A DNA stretch of 63,539 nt, the filler included, from Octopus bimaculoides (lineage: Eukaryota), in assembly GCF_001194135.2 (NCBI RefSeq). It is 6 parts of 6 records of this genome, joined end to end, with 100 filler letters (N's around TTAATTAATTAA, not from the genome) between each part and the next. Parts side by side here need not be neighbours in the genome. Positions count along the whole stretch, not along the records: positions 1 to 23,367 come from NC_068990.1; 5 more parts are not named here. One strand, 5' to 3'. A model generated the notes under the pieces. It was given only the letters and a program-made list of their open reading frames with translations. It did not search any database and had not been told where the DNA came from. Shown piece after piece: positions 1-11,075 of the stretch (position 1 is its first letter; each line of letters begins with the position of its first letter). Made by a program: the position numbers and the translations under genes.

Positions 1-164
1 TACGACAACTTTTAACATGAAATAACTTCGAATACAAACATTTTTCTCTGTTCAATAAGACAAAATATACAAGTATACGGAGTTTTAAAGTGTTTCGGTA
101 GAAAACATACTAAAAAAAAAAACATAAATAAAAAGTGGCGGCCGCCAAATCAGAAAGATCCGAA

Positions 165-362
165 GAAGAAAAAGAAGAAAAATAATAATAATAATAATAA
201 TAAGAAGAAGAACAACAACAACATCGAAAAATACCTTAGGAATGAGAACCCAGGTTCGAAATTTCCCCAAGACACCTGATGAAGGCTGGAGGGTATATCA
301 GCCGAAACGTTGTGTTAACAACAAAGAACGTGAGGACAAATATTCGTCAAATGTAAATAATG
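165..362 (+). mobile_element. Headless copy of HHR-containing SINE family ((GAA)n/(TAA)n + body)
   Basis: Body AACATCGAAA..GGAATGAGAACCCAGGTTCGAAATTTCCCC..CCTGATGAAGGCTGGAGGGTATATCAGCCGAAACGTTGTGTTAACAA..GAGGACAAATA..GTCAAATGTAAATAATGT is nearly identical to 57028-57163. Confidence 0.85.
271..316 (+). ncRNA. Minimal type I hammerhead ribozyme motif, intact core
   Basis: Stem I GACAC/GTGTT; CTGATGA 276-282; extra A; stem II GGCTG/CAGCC (284-288/299-303); GAAAC 304-308; GTT cleavage triplet 309-311; stem III reduced to palindrome AACGTT. Confidence 0.8.
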
Positions 363-839
363 TGAAAAAGTTAAAGCTTTATATAAATCTCTCCAAAACA
401 AAACAAACTTGATTGAATTTAATTTAATTAATAATATAATAATTATGAGTGAAATACATTATTTCATAATTCAAAAGCTAATAATAAAACATTACATACT
501 CATTGATATATCACCACTACAAGCTATAGTATTAGATTTCCAGTAACTAATAGAAACATTAGAATTTATTAGATAGAAACTAATAAAAGTACCTGTAATT
601 AACTATTATTATAAAACTTTGCTATGTTTAAAGCTAATTAAAACTGTTTAAAAGATAATAAAATTACAAGTATTAACACTTAGCTGTTTTATCAGACACG
701 CGGTACCATGACCAAGATTTAAAAGGACTGTCTTAACTATTGATGACGTAGTGCGTTATTGCTAATTCCTCAATTGTCTTAATCAATATTGGTGACGTAG
801 TAAGCAAATAACTTGAATCATAAACATTCCAAATATTTA

Positions 840-1260
840 GAAATATTTGCTAAGTTGAAGACTAGATACTACCCCATATTTATATAAAATTTCAACTCTC
901 CCACCTGAACAGCGATTAAAAGTTTTATCCAATTTACCATAATTATACACTGCTTTTACTAAATGTCTTAACAGTTTATTTATTCTTTCCAAAAATCTAT
1001 TACCATTATTAATAAAAGTTAAATTTATCTTGCCCTGCAAAAACACCATAACGAATAAAAGAAGGAATTCTACTACCGAACTATGGCATTGAAGCCACTT
1101 GGACACCAAAATCTTGTGTTTTGTTATAAATGTCAGTACATATTTCATTACTATCCTTAATTAGAAAATTGACATCTAAATAATTAATATTCCTTATATT
1201 CTTACCATTTCTGATGGCTTATAAGCTCACCAGGGTATATTTTTCTGAGTAAAAATTCAA
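840..1260 (-). mobile_element. Penelope-like element, degenerate RT C-terminal/thumb region
   Basis: Manual minus-strand translation across frameshifts: KIYPGEL, INYLDVNFLIK..TDIYNKTQDF..MP*FGSRIPSFIRYGVFAGQ, RFLERINKLLRHLVKAVYNYGKLDKTF..EILYKY; matches PLE pattern IYPxEL / FLD / YDKRxxF / SNIP..YGVF.SQ. Confidence 0.7.
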
Positions 1261-3889
1261 AGAAACCATAAGTACGTGTTGCTTACATTCCACAGCAGTA
1301 ATTGTTTTCACCTCAATAGACGTCAGTGATTCGTTGAAATTACCGAAAAACGACAAATTTTCACACGAAATAACTTTAAAAGATAAAATTTTTTCCATAA
1401 CACTAAGAGTAAAAGATGTTTTATATGACACATTCTACCAGTGTCCCAAGTTTGAAAGTGTTTCGTTAAGAAAACAAGATCTTCTTCTTCTTCTTATTAT
1501 TATTATTATTNNNNNNNNNNNNNNNNNNNNNNNNNNNNNNNNNNNNNNNNNNNNNNNNNNNNNNNNNNNNNNNNNNNNNNNNNNNNNNNNNNNNNNNNNN
1601 NNNNNNNNNNNNNNNNNNNNNNNNNNNNNNNNNNNNNNNNNNNNNNNNNNNNNNNNNNNNNNNNNNNNNNNNNNNNNNNNNNNNNNNNNNNNNNNNNNNN
1701 NNNNNNNNNNNNNNNNNNNNNNNNNNNNNNNNNNNNNNNNNNNNNNNNNNNNNNNNNNNNNNNNNNNNNNNNNNNNNNNNNNNNNNNNNNNNNNNNNNNN
1801 NNNNNNNNNNNNNNNNNNNNNNNNNNNNNNNNNNNNNNNNNNNNNNNNNNNNNNNNNNNNNNNNNNNNNNNNNNNNNNNNNNNNNNNNNNNNNNNNNNNN
1901 NNNNNNNNNNNNNNNNNNNNNNNNNNNNNNNNNNNNNNNNNNNNNNNNNNNNNNNNNNNNNNNNNNNNNNNNNNNNNNNNNNNNNNNNNNNNNNNNNNNN
2001 NNNNNNNNNNNNNNNNNNNNNNNNNNNNNNNNNNNNNNNNNNNNNNNNNNNNNNNNNNNNNNNNNNNNNNNNNNNNNNNNNNNNNNNNNNNNNNNNNNNN
2101 NNNNNNNNNNNNNNNNNNNNNNNNNNNNNNNNNNNNNNNNNNNNNNNNNNNNNNNNNNNNNNNNNNNNNNNNNNNNNATATATATGTCAAATAAGTCTCA
2201 CCTTTGAGAATTATATTAGCATCTTATTTACATCGAGCTTCTAGATAACGTCTTCCTTATACACCCTGACTGCCCCCTCCCGTTAATAACTTGTAGTGTT
2301 CCCTAGTCCTTTAATGGCTCAAACTCTCATCTACGTTCTTTGAGCTCGGATAGTAAATATTTATGTGCCCTTAACATATTGCACTTTTAGACTATTTGTC
2401 TAAACCATTTTTTCTCACCTCTTCCTCGTCCCTTTTGTTTATATTGTATGCTCTTGTGTTTCACTCTGATGAAGATCAGTTGCCTTAATTCGAATGCTTT
2501 ATGAAAATGAAGAATTTTATTCTTGCATTTATGTATAGACTGCATTCTGAGAATCTGATCAGAAAAAGCTGTAAGCTTTGCTATATCTTGGTTTGTATCA
2601 ATAAACAAGATTTAAATGTGGTCCTATCCATGTACTGGTTAATCTATGTTTTCCTCCATTTTCTAATTATTTGCATTTATATATATATATATATATATAT
2701 NNNNNNNNNNNNNNNNNNNNNNNNNNNNNNNNNNNNNNNNNNNNNNNNNNNNNNNNNNNNNNNNNNNNNNNNNNNNNNNNNNNNNNNNNNNNNNNNNNNN
2801 NNNNNNNNNNNNNNNNNNNNNNNNNNNNNNNNNNNNNNNNNNNNNNNNNNNNNNNNNNNNNNNNNNNNNNNNNNNNNNNNNNNNNNNNNNNNNNNNNNNN
2901 NNNNNNNNNNNNNNNNNNNNNNNNNNNNNNNNNNNNNNNNNNNNNNNNNNNNNNNNNNNNNNNNNNNNNNNNNNNNNNNNNNNNNNNNNNNNNNNNNNNN
3001 NNNNNNNNNNNNNNNNNNNNNNNNNNNNNNNNNNNNNNNNNNNNNNNNNNNNNNNNNNNNNNNNNNNNNNNNNNNNNNNNNNNNNNNNNNNNNNNNNNNN
3101 NNNNNNNNNNNNNNNNNNNNNNNNNNNNNNNNNNNNNNNNNNNNNNNNNNNNNNNNNNNNNNNNNNNNNNNNNNNNNNNNNNNNNNNNNNNNNNNNNNNN
3201 NNNNNNNNNNNNNNNNNNNNNNNNNNNNNNNNNNNNNNNNNNNNNNNNNNNNNNNNNNNNNNNNNNNNNNNNNNNNNNNNNNNNNNNNNNNNNNNNNNNN
3301 NNNNNNNNNNNNNNNNNNNNNNNNNNNNNNNNNNNNNNNNNNNNNNNNNNNNNNNNNNNNNNNNNNNNNNNNNNNNNNNNNNNNNNNNNNNNNNNNNNNN
3401 NNNNNNNNNNNNNNNNNNNNNNNNNNNNNNNNNNNNNNNNNNNNNNNNNNNNNNNNNNNNNNNNNNNNNNNNNNNNNNNNNNNNNNNNNNNNNNNNNNNN
3501 NNNNNNNNNNNNNNNNNNNNNNNNNNNNNNNNNNNNNNNNNNNNNNNNNNNNNNNNNNNNNNNNNNNNNNNNNNNNNNNNNNNNNNNNNNNNNNNNNNNN
3601 NNNNNNNNNNNNNNNNNNNNNNNNNNNNNNNNNNNNNNNNNNNNNNNNNNNNNNNNNNNNNNNNNNNNNNNNNNNNNNNNNNNNNNGTGTTTTTTTTTCT
3701 CTGCACATAATCAGCTTAAAATTAGCACTGCTCTCCATTCTTTAAAATAAGAAAAAAAAAATGAAAACGTAATATCTTTTGCTTTTTACTTTTGCTAAAA
3801 AATGCAAAAAATAGATTTAACTATCAAGACAAATATTGTATGATTGTACAAAAGAACAAAAAATGTCCGACTCCTGTGGAATAATACAC

Positions 3890-3932
3890 TCACACACGCA
3901 CACACACACGCAGACACACACAAACACAAGCG

Positions 3933-3975
<43 letters not shown>

Positions 3976-4005
3976 ACACACACACACACACGCACGCACA
4001 CACGA
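3890..4005. repeat. (CA)n microsatellite
   Basis: Direct reading. Confidence 0.95.
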
Positions 4006-4323
4006 TAAATACATATTTAAAGAAATATTTTTGTATGCTCATCTGAAGATTTTTCCATTGTACTTATGGTGTTATTGATAATATATATTTGTCTATGTAA
4101 AGGTGTATTGTGAGACTAAGGAGATTGTTCATAAGTGTCCGTTTCTTCCTATAGTGTTTGTTCAACAGGTTTATGACATTGTTTTTTTTTATATATACAC
4201 GATTTCTTAGTGTCTGTCTTGAGATTCCTATCAATAAGATTGTTTAGGATTTTCATATCTAGATACTTAATTTGTTTTCCTATAATTTTAATCCAGAGTA
4301 AATGACGAAATGTTCTTATATCT

Positions 4324-4575
4324 TATCATCACCATTAAACTGTCCTTTTTTTCTATGCTGGCATGGGTTAGACAACCTGACATGACCTGATGAGCCAGAG
4401 GGCTGTGCTGAGCTCCAGTCATTGCTTTGACGGTTTCTACAGCTAGATGCCCTTCTTAATGTCAATCATTTTACAGACTATACTGAGTGCATTTTATGTG
4501 GCACTATCATCAGAGCTTTTTACGTGGCACCAGCACCAGTGATTTTTACGTGGCATCAGCACATCAGTTGATAAA
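4324..4575 (-). mobile_element. SINE-like repeat, family with GGACGTTAAATGATGATG-type tail
   Basis: Reverse complement resembles 15165-15395 and 15705-15900 (GGTGCTGGTGCCACGTAAAAAGC..CCATGCCAGCATAG..). Confidence 0.65.
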
Positions 4576-4669
4576 ATATTTATAAGTCTACAGTGTGTTT
4601 TTGTTTTGTTTTTGTCATCACAATACAATCCTGATCAAGCATTTCAGCCATGTCCAACTATACAGGTTG

Positions 4670-4985
4670 TTTAAAGGTTGCTATGTCTACATTGTGTAGT
4701 GACAATTTTTATGTAGGTAGAAGTGCATCGTTTGAGAGTGAATTAGCTGGCATATTTTTATTAAGTAAAGCTATGTCGTAGACAAGCCTTCGTTGATTCA
4801 CCGAAATATTGTTTGTGTGACATAAACACAGATTTCTAAACCTTTCGGAAAGCTCAGGTGTGATACAGAAAGAAATGTGGAGAATAAATGTATTAGAAAT
4901 ACAAGTTAGAATTTTGCAAGAATAATACTAAGTCAAAGAAGCATTTAATATAAGGAAACACTTCAGTTCATAAACATCTGCTGAA
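4670..4985 (+). mobile_element. Possible highly decayed PLE GIY-YIG endonuclease remnant
   Basis: Fragments TLCSDNFYVGRS and RILQE..KEAFNIRKH in expected order; many stops and frameshifts. Confidence 0.35.
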
Positions 4986-5699
4986 GAGCCAGATCAAGGA
5001 ATTTACTGTAGCCATCGGAGACTTATAATGCCACACAGGTATTCTTAGAACTGAGAAGACAATCTTAATTATTGAATTTAAATGTCTAACCCTTTAACAT
5101 TCAGATAATTCTGTGAAATATAATGCTTATTTATTCACATTGTTTTGAAATAACCATGCGTTATTATTCTATAACTTCAAGATTTTGATAATACGATTGT
5201 TTATCTTTTGCATGGCATTGTAAGTAGGTGTGAAAGGCCAGATATGGCAGATATAAATGCTAAAAGGGTTATACAACACAAGGGCAACTGGTTATTGCAA
5301 CACCACCCGTCTGCACATCAGAGCAAAGATAACAGCTTAATATCATCTCCTATTTTCCATTTATCCTGATGAAGAAGTTTTGACACCCAAATATCGAAGA
5401 AATACACGGTAGACCATTGATTGTTGCTGTTTTCACTTCTGTACTGCATTCATTTTACATCGAACAGATTTTAATCTAATTTAATATCTCACAATGCCTC
5501 ACCAAACCACTCTAGACTATTAAGTATTGTAATTGTAAACAAAGAACAAAAGAACAATGTGTTAGCATGTTTGTGATTATTGAATGACACTTATATTTGT
5601 GTGTGTGTGTGTGTGTGCAAGTGAGGAGACAAACTAGGCAATCAACACATTTAGTAGGTGTTACATATATAATTGAAAAACACTTTGAATCGAGCAGTT

Positions 5700-5838
5700 T
5701 TTAATAATAATAATAATAATAACAACAAGAACAACAACAACAATAACAATAATAATAATAATAACACCTAGCTCCTACACCTACCTGCTTTCCTACCTAC
5801 CTACCTACCTACCTACCTACCTACCTACCTACCTACCT
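5700..5838. repeat. Compound (TAA)n/(CAA)n and (CCTA)n microsatellites
   Basis: Direct reading. Confidence 0.95.
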
Positions 5839-5978
5839 CAGATACCAGGAAACTCCAAAATGGCAGAAATTCGAAAGATAGTTCTCATTGGAACTGCCCA
5901 TATCCTACGTAAAATACTGCCTACGTAATCTCAAATTTTAAAACAAACTCATAATTTTCTTGTGTTTTCTTAAAGATT
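5839..5978 (+). mobile_element. 3' end of R4/Dong-clade (RLE-type) non-LTR retrotransposon
   Basis: 5839-5928 translates QIPGNSKMAEIRKIVLIGTAHILRKILPT*, the QK.VL.GTA.ILRK.L C-terminus typical of RLE-encoding R4/Dong ORFs. Confidence 0.75.
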
Positions 5979-5988
5979 CTCTAGGACA

Positions 5989-7150
5989 ATGCTATGTGCA
6001 AAACCAAATAAAAGTAAGGCAACTAATAGCAAAACTATTTGGTTGATTATTCCTTATGGGAGGCAAATTAAATCTAATCCTCCTTTCCAGTTTCGGGAAG
6101 CTATTATTAGGAATTTTCCAAAGAATTCTAGGTATTACTCTATTATCAACTCGCACACGGTTAGGATTGGTTTATCCAGCACAAAATATCTCTCACAAAT
6201 GATCTCCTCACATAATATTAGTTTGTTAAATAAGAATCCAATTATTAATACTAACATTAATTTAGCTAATACCAATCATCCCCCTAGGAATATCAATAAC
6301 AAGGTTATTGTCTCTGAAGTCAATTCCAACAGAATTAAGTTTATATCTAGTAATTCTAAGATTAAAAATTCTATATACCAGTGTAAAATTACTTCAGGTA
6401 CCGATGTCTTTTTTATATAGGTAGTTCTTCTCAGTTATCTAAAAGAATTTTTAATCATTACTCTACATCTAAGGGTAGTAATAAGCGCAACAGTACGGGG
6501 CTTAGTAAATTAATTTGGTATCTAAAAGACCGTAATAAACAATTTAATTTAGATTAGTTGATTCTCTCCATTTCATTCCCATATGATAAACGCAAAAAAT
6601 TCTGCCAACTCTGCAATACTGAACTATTTCTTATTCTTTTTTCTAAGAATCCCCTTGTAAACACGGTTATAAAGCGTGCTTATCGATGCGATGTAAACAT
6701 TGACAGAAACATACCATTAGTTCATATAAGTGATATCTACCATTATATATAATTTGAACATTGATTTTCATCTTACATTTCACTTCCACTAGATATATCT
6801 TTTTCCAGGCCTTTAAGCTTTTATTTAATTCACATATCGCTCTATATTTCTCATTTATTAGTTTTCTCCTTATTTCTTTCCTTTACTCCTTTCTATAGGC
6901 TACCTTTGACGTTATATCCTCTAACGGTTTAAAAAAAAAACTTAATAGCGTTCCGTTCATCATTATACATATCCATCATATTCTGTTAAAATGTATTATT
7001 GATGAGTTTAGTTCATTTCTTTCTTTTCCTGAAACCTGATGAGAAGATTACATTGTTTTACACCATTTTATGCCTTTGGAATAATACCAACGTTGTCTTC
7101 GAAACATGTGTCGGAAGTAAAAGAATTTGTATAATACCTGCGTTCCACTC
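5989..7150 (+). mobile_element. Penelope-like element 3' part: linker + GIY-YIG endonuclease pseudogene + pyrimidine-rich 3' region with HHR
   Basis: IWLIIPYGRQIKSN..RNFPKNSRYYSIINSHTVRIGLS..ISSHN linker; SIYQCKIT then 1-nt frameshift in T-run 6409-6414 to YIGSSSQLSKRIFNH..RNSTGLSKLIWYLK..LD*(6555)..PY..KFCQLCNTE. Confidence 0.85.
7024..7117 (+). ncRNA. Type I hammerhead motif in PLE 3' region
   Basis: CTGATGA 7036-7042; stem II GAAGAT/GTCTTC with 46-nt loop; GAAAC 7101-7105; ATGT; GTC 7110-7112; stem I TTTCC/GGAAG requires looping out TGAAAC. Confidence 0.65.
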
Positions 7151-7435
7151 CATTTATTTATTTATTTATATTTTACAAAATACTTCACATCANNNNNNNN
7201 NNNNNNNNNNNNNNNNNNNNNNNNNNNNNNNNNNNNNNNNNNNNNNNNNNNNNNNNNNNNNNNNNNNNNNNNNNNNNNNNNNNNNNNNNNNNNNNNNNNN
7301 NNNNNNNNNNNNNNNNNNNNNNNNNNNNNNNNNNNNNNNNNNNNNNNNNNNNNNNNNNNNNNNNNNNNNNNNNNNNNNNNNNNNNNNNNNNNNNNNNNNN
7401 NNNNNNNNNNNNNNNNNNTATATATATATATATAT

Positions 7436-7706
7436 ATGCTGAGACCCCCACCCTCCTTCGGTCATGACTGACCATGGGATTGCACCTAGAAAGTTACCCT
7501 CCCAGGCACAAGTCCGGGCAAGGTTGGTAATGGAAGACCAGCAGTTGCCCATGCATACTGGCATCTCCTCTCCACGCCACCAGTGTTACCCAAAGGAAAG
7601 GCAAAGGCCGATACAGTTTGGCACATGTGACGTCGCAACTCATTTCTATAGCTGAGTGAACTGGAGCAACGTGAAATAAAGTGTCCTGCTCAAGAACACA
7701 ACACGC
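7436..7706 (-). mobile_element. SINE, CORE-like centre with distinct tail, 5' truncated
   Basis: Revcomp GTTGTGTTCTTGAGCAGGACACTTTATTTCACGTTGCTCCAG is shared with 11000-11060 and 38660-38703; resembles the CORE consensus TGTGACCTTGGGCAAGTCACTT. Confidence 0.7.
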
Positions 7707-7714
7707 TAACATAG

Positions 7715-7960
7715 ATTGTTATCAGCAATTACTCCAAGATATCTGGTGTTGGTGGATGACATTAGCGAGTTACCCGATGGAAGAGCATATGGTAGTTTCG
7801 GAGTATCCTCTTTTCCAAAGTGGATCAAATCAAACTTATCCTCATTTAAAAGCATATTGTTTTTTCCGCCCATTGGACAACAGCAAACAGATCCGACTGA
7901 AGGTATGTTCGGTCTTCCATACCGTTTATGGCTTTCTGGAGTTTGGAAAGTATGCGAATA
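7715..7960 (-). mobile_element. CR1-like LINE ORF2 fragment, RT C-terminal part
   Basis: KLQKAINGMEDRTYLQSDLFAVVQWAEK, frameshift, NNMLLNEDKFDLIHFGK..YALPSG..RYLGVIADNNL. Confidence 0.8.
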
Positions 7961-8164
7961 TGTATATACAGATGCATATGGACAATACCTATACCTGCAT
8001 TCATATATGCATAGATACACGCATATATATTACAAATTTGTACCTGCCTAGTAAATACAAGAAAGCGTAATTATAAAAGCATGTATAGAACTGATAATAA
8101 CGTGGTTGTACGATAAGTATTTGCGTACATATATACATTCATACATACACACATATATACATAT

Positions 8165-8345
<181 letters not shown>

Positions 8346-8508
8346 GTATAGGCAAAAATACAAACACATACGCAGGCAGATACAAATATTCATAAACAGC
8401 AGAAGCAGAAATTTTGCTTTTGTAATAATATCCCAATTAGCTCTTTATGCATTCATTTATGCAAGTAATTATCTGAATGTTATTGTATTTTGTGTTTTTG
8501 TCTCCTCT

Positions 8509-8545
<37 letters not shown>

Positions 8546-8889
8546 TATTTTTTTTCAACATGTCTTCGCTCGTGTGATAATTACTCTAAGCTGACGTGGA
8601 ATAATATTCAGGAAATCTTTGATGAAATTATGCTTAATCTTTGATAATATCGAATTGCCAAAGCATGGTAGTCGGAACTAATGCCATGTATAGAAATATG
8701 GTCAAGTACTCTCGTAATATTGTCAATTTTCCGTTAAATTTTCTGTAAATGGTGTTCCTACACTTTCCATTTAGTCCTGGATGACATATTACTGCTGTTG
8801 ATTTTCCTCGATCTATCCAGAATTATTCTTGGTGTTTGTTTTCTTGTAGTTGTTAATGAGAAAATGCTTACCACAGCTTAGTATATTTC

Positions 8890-9078
8890 AGTGCTGGTGA
8901 GGCTGTGTGGTAAAAAGTGTGCTTCGCAACCACATGGTTCCGGGTTCAATCTTTCTAATTGGCAACTTGGGCAAGTATCTTCTATTATAGCCTTGGGCCG
9001 ACCAAAATCTTGTGAGTAGAATTGGTAGACGGAAACTGAAAGAAGCCCGTTGTGTGCGTGTGTGTGTGTGTGTGTGTG

Positions 9079-9118
<40 letters not shown>

Positions 9119-9500
9119 TATAATCAATCCAAACATGAACAAGCAATTAAAAAACACGAAAAACAACAACGCGAGAACGTGGAATAAGTACAGTGTTATT
9201 GGACGCTCAGGAAAGGAAAGAAAAGAAAGAGGATTTCACGTTTCGAGCGTGTCCGTCGTATATATCTGTGTGTGTATGTGTTTTGTCTGTGTGCCTGTGT
9301 TTGTCCCCCACAACTGCTTGACAACCGGTGTTGGCTTGTTTACGTCCCCATGACTTAGCTGTCTGGCAAAAAAGTATGATGGAAAAAGAGAACGAAGTTT
9401 AATAAAAATTAAGTACTGGGGTTGATTTATTCGAGTAAAAGTTCTTCAAGGCGGTGCCCCAGCATGGCCGCAGTCTAATGACTAAAACAGAAAAGACAAA
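8890..9500 (+). mobile_element. Near full-length CORE-type SINE with internal microsatellite, interrupted at about 9110-9250
   Basis: tRNA-like head GCTGTGTGGTAA..CCGGGTTCAATC; core AACTTGGGCAAGTATCTTC; GGTAGACGGAAACTGAAAGAAGCCCG; (TG)n; tail TTTGTCCCC..GCTTGACAACCGGTG..AAGGCGGTGCCCCAGCATGGCCGCAGTC. Confidence 0.85.
9125..9250 (-). mobile_element. PLE pseudo-LTR-like repeat fragment nested in SINE
   Basis: AACAACAACGCGAG(A/G)ACGTGGAAT..TTGGACGCTCAGGAAAGGAAAG..ACGTTTCG shared with 19890-20025 (opposite strand) and 41370-41490; ends in the GCTC-GAAAC-GT half of an HHR-like motif. Confidence 0.6.
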
Positions 9501-9610
9501 CGATAAAAATTGCATATAAAATATAGTGAAGTTACTGGGTCAACCTGATGCAGTCTCACAATTGTCACCCTTTTTAAGGTTCCCTTTATATGACTATATT
9601 GCATCGCTTT

Positions 9611-10052
9611 GAAGGCGGCGAACTGGCAGAAACGTTAGCATGCCGGGTGAAATGCCTAGCGGTATTTTGTCCATCTGTACCTTCTGAGTTCAAGTTCCGC
9701 CGAGGTTCACGTTGCTTTTATCCTTTCGGGGTCGATAAATTAGGTACCAGTTGTGTACTGAGGTCGGTCTAATCGATTGGCCCCATCTCCCCAAAATTTC
9801 AGGCCTTGTGCCTAGAGTAGAAATGAATATTGCATTGCTGTGAAGGCGGTGAGTTGGCAGAAACGTTAGCGCGCCGCGCGAAATGCTTCGCGGTAGTTTG
9901 TCTGTCTTACGTTCTGAGTTCAAATTCCACCGAGGTCGACTTTGCCTTTCATCATTTCGGGGTCGATAAATTAAGTACCAGTTTCGTACTGGGGTCAATC
10001 TAATCAACTGTCCCCAAAGATTTCGGGGCATGTGCCTAGAGTAGAAAAGGAT
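9611..10052 (+). mobile_element. Two tandem copies of tRNA-derived SINE (GAAGGCGGCGAGCTGGCAGAA family)
   Basis: 9611-9830 and 9842-10052; A-box-like AGCTGGCAGAA, B-box GAGTTCAAATTCC, shared tail GTACCAGTT..ACTGGGGTCG..GCCTAGAGTAGAAA. Confidence 0.85.
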
Positions 10053-10468
10053 ATTCTATTTGCATGTCCGTAGAAGCAGACCTGTGACCTTCCAATGTTA
10101 AGAAGTAGTGGCTTGACCTCAAGGCACCCATATACATATACAAAAGGCCGATGCGGCATTTGTACATAATTTATCCACACGGGAATGGGTGTATTGTNNN
10201 NNNNNNNNNNNNNNNNNNNNNNNNNNNNNNNNNNNNNNNNNNNNNNNNNNNNNNNNNNNNNNNNNNNNNNNNNNNNNNNNNNNNNNNNNNNNNNNNNNNN
10301 NNNNNNNNNNNNNNNNNNNNNNNNNNNNNNNNNNNNNNNNNNNNNNNNNNNNNNNNNNNNNNNNNNNNNNNNNNNNNNNNNNNNNNNNNNNNNNNNNNNN
10401 NNNNNNNNNNNNNNNNNNNNNNNNNNNNNNNNNNNNNNNNNNNNNNNNNNNNNNNNNNNNTATATATG

Positions 10469-10500
<32 letters not shown>

Positions 10501-10569
10501 TGTATGCATATGTGTGTGTGTGTGTATGTGTGTGTGTGTGTGTGTATGTGTGTGTGTGTGTGTGTGTGT

Positions 10570-10800
10570 GAGTTTGTTTGTGTCTGAGTTTCTCTCCCAC
10601 GATCGCTTGACGACCGATATTAGTGTGTTTACGTCCCCGTAAACTAGAGGTTCGGCAAAAAGGATCGATAAAATAAGTACTAGGCTTGCAAGGAATAAGT
10701 CCTGAGGTAGATTTCTTAGACTAAAAAGACTTTTAAGGCAGTGCTCCAGGATGGCCGCAGTCAAATGACTGAAACAAGTAAAAATAATAAACAAATAAAA
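10570..10800 (+). mobile_element. CORE-type SINE 3' half
   Basis: Same tail as 9290-9490. Confidence 0.85.
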
Positions 10801-10832
10801 AACATACCCCCCATTTTTAAAGACTTCTTTAT

Positions 10833-11075
10833 CTGTTACGGTGATAAGGGTTCCAATTGATTCGAAATTAACGTGCAAGTGGCTGGGTATTCCACAGACA
10901 TGCGTAACCTTAACGTAGTTCTCAGAGACATTCAGCATGACACAGAATGTGACAAGGCTTGTCCCCTTTGAATTACAGGTACAACTCATTTTCGCCAGCT
11001 GACTGGACTGGGGAGACGTGAAATAAAGTGTCTTGCTGAAGGACCCAACACACTACCCGGGGATCGAACTCTCCA
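10833..11075 (-). mobile_element. SINE with CORE-like centre and the tail of the 16627 family
   Basis: Tail matches 16820-16960 in reverse complement; centre matches 7650-7706. Confidence 0.8.

Noticed and set aside
2466-2575. CTGATGA at 2466 and CTGAGA..GAAAAAGCTGTAAG at 2547-2575
   Set aside because: Core incomplete or no stem II/GAAAC; at most a decayed ribozyme
5989-6420. AT-rich I/N/S-rich ORF as a mitochondrial insertion or host gene
   Set aside because: Motifs continue in another frame into a GIY-YIG domain, so it is a PLE
8570-8880. Minus-strand FWID..PGLN as a PLE C-terminus
   Set aside because: A single short motif, insufficient
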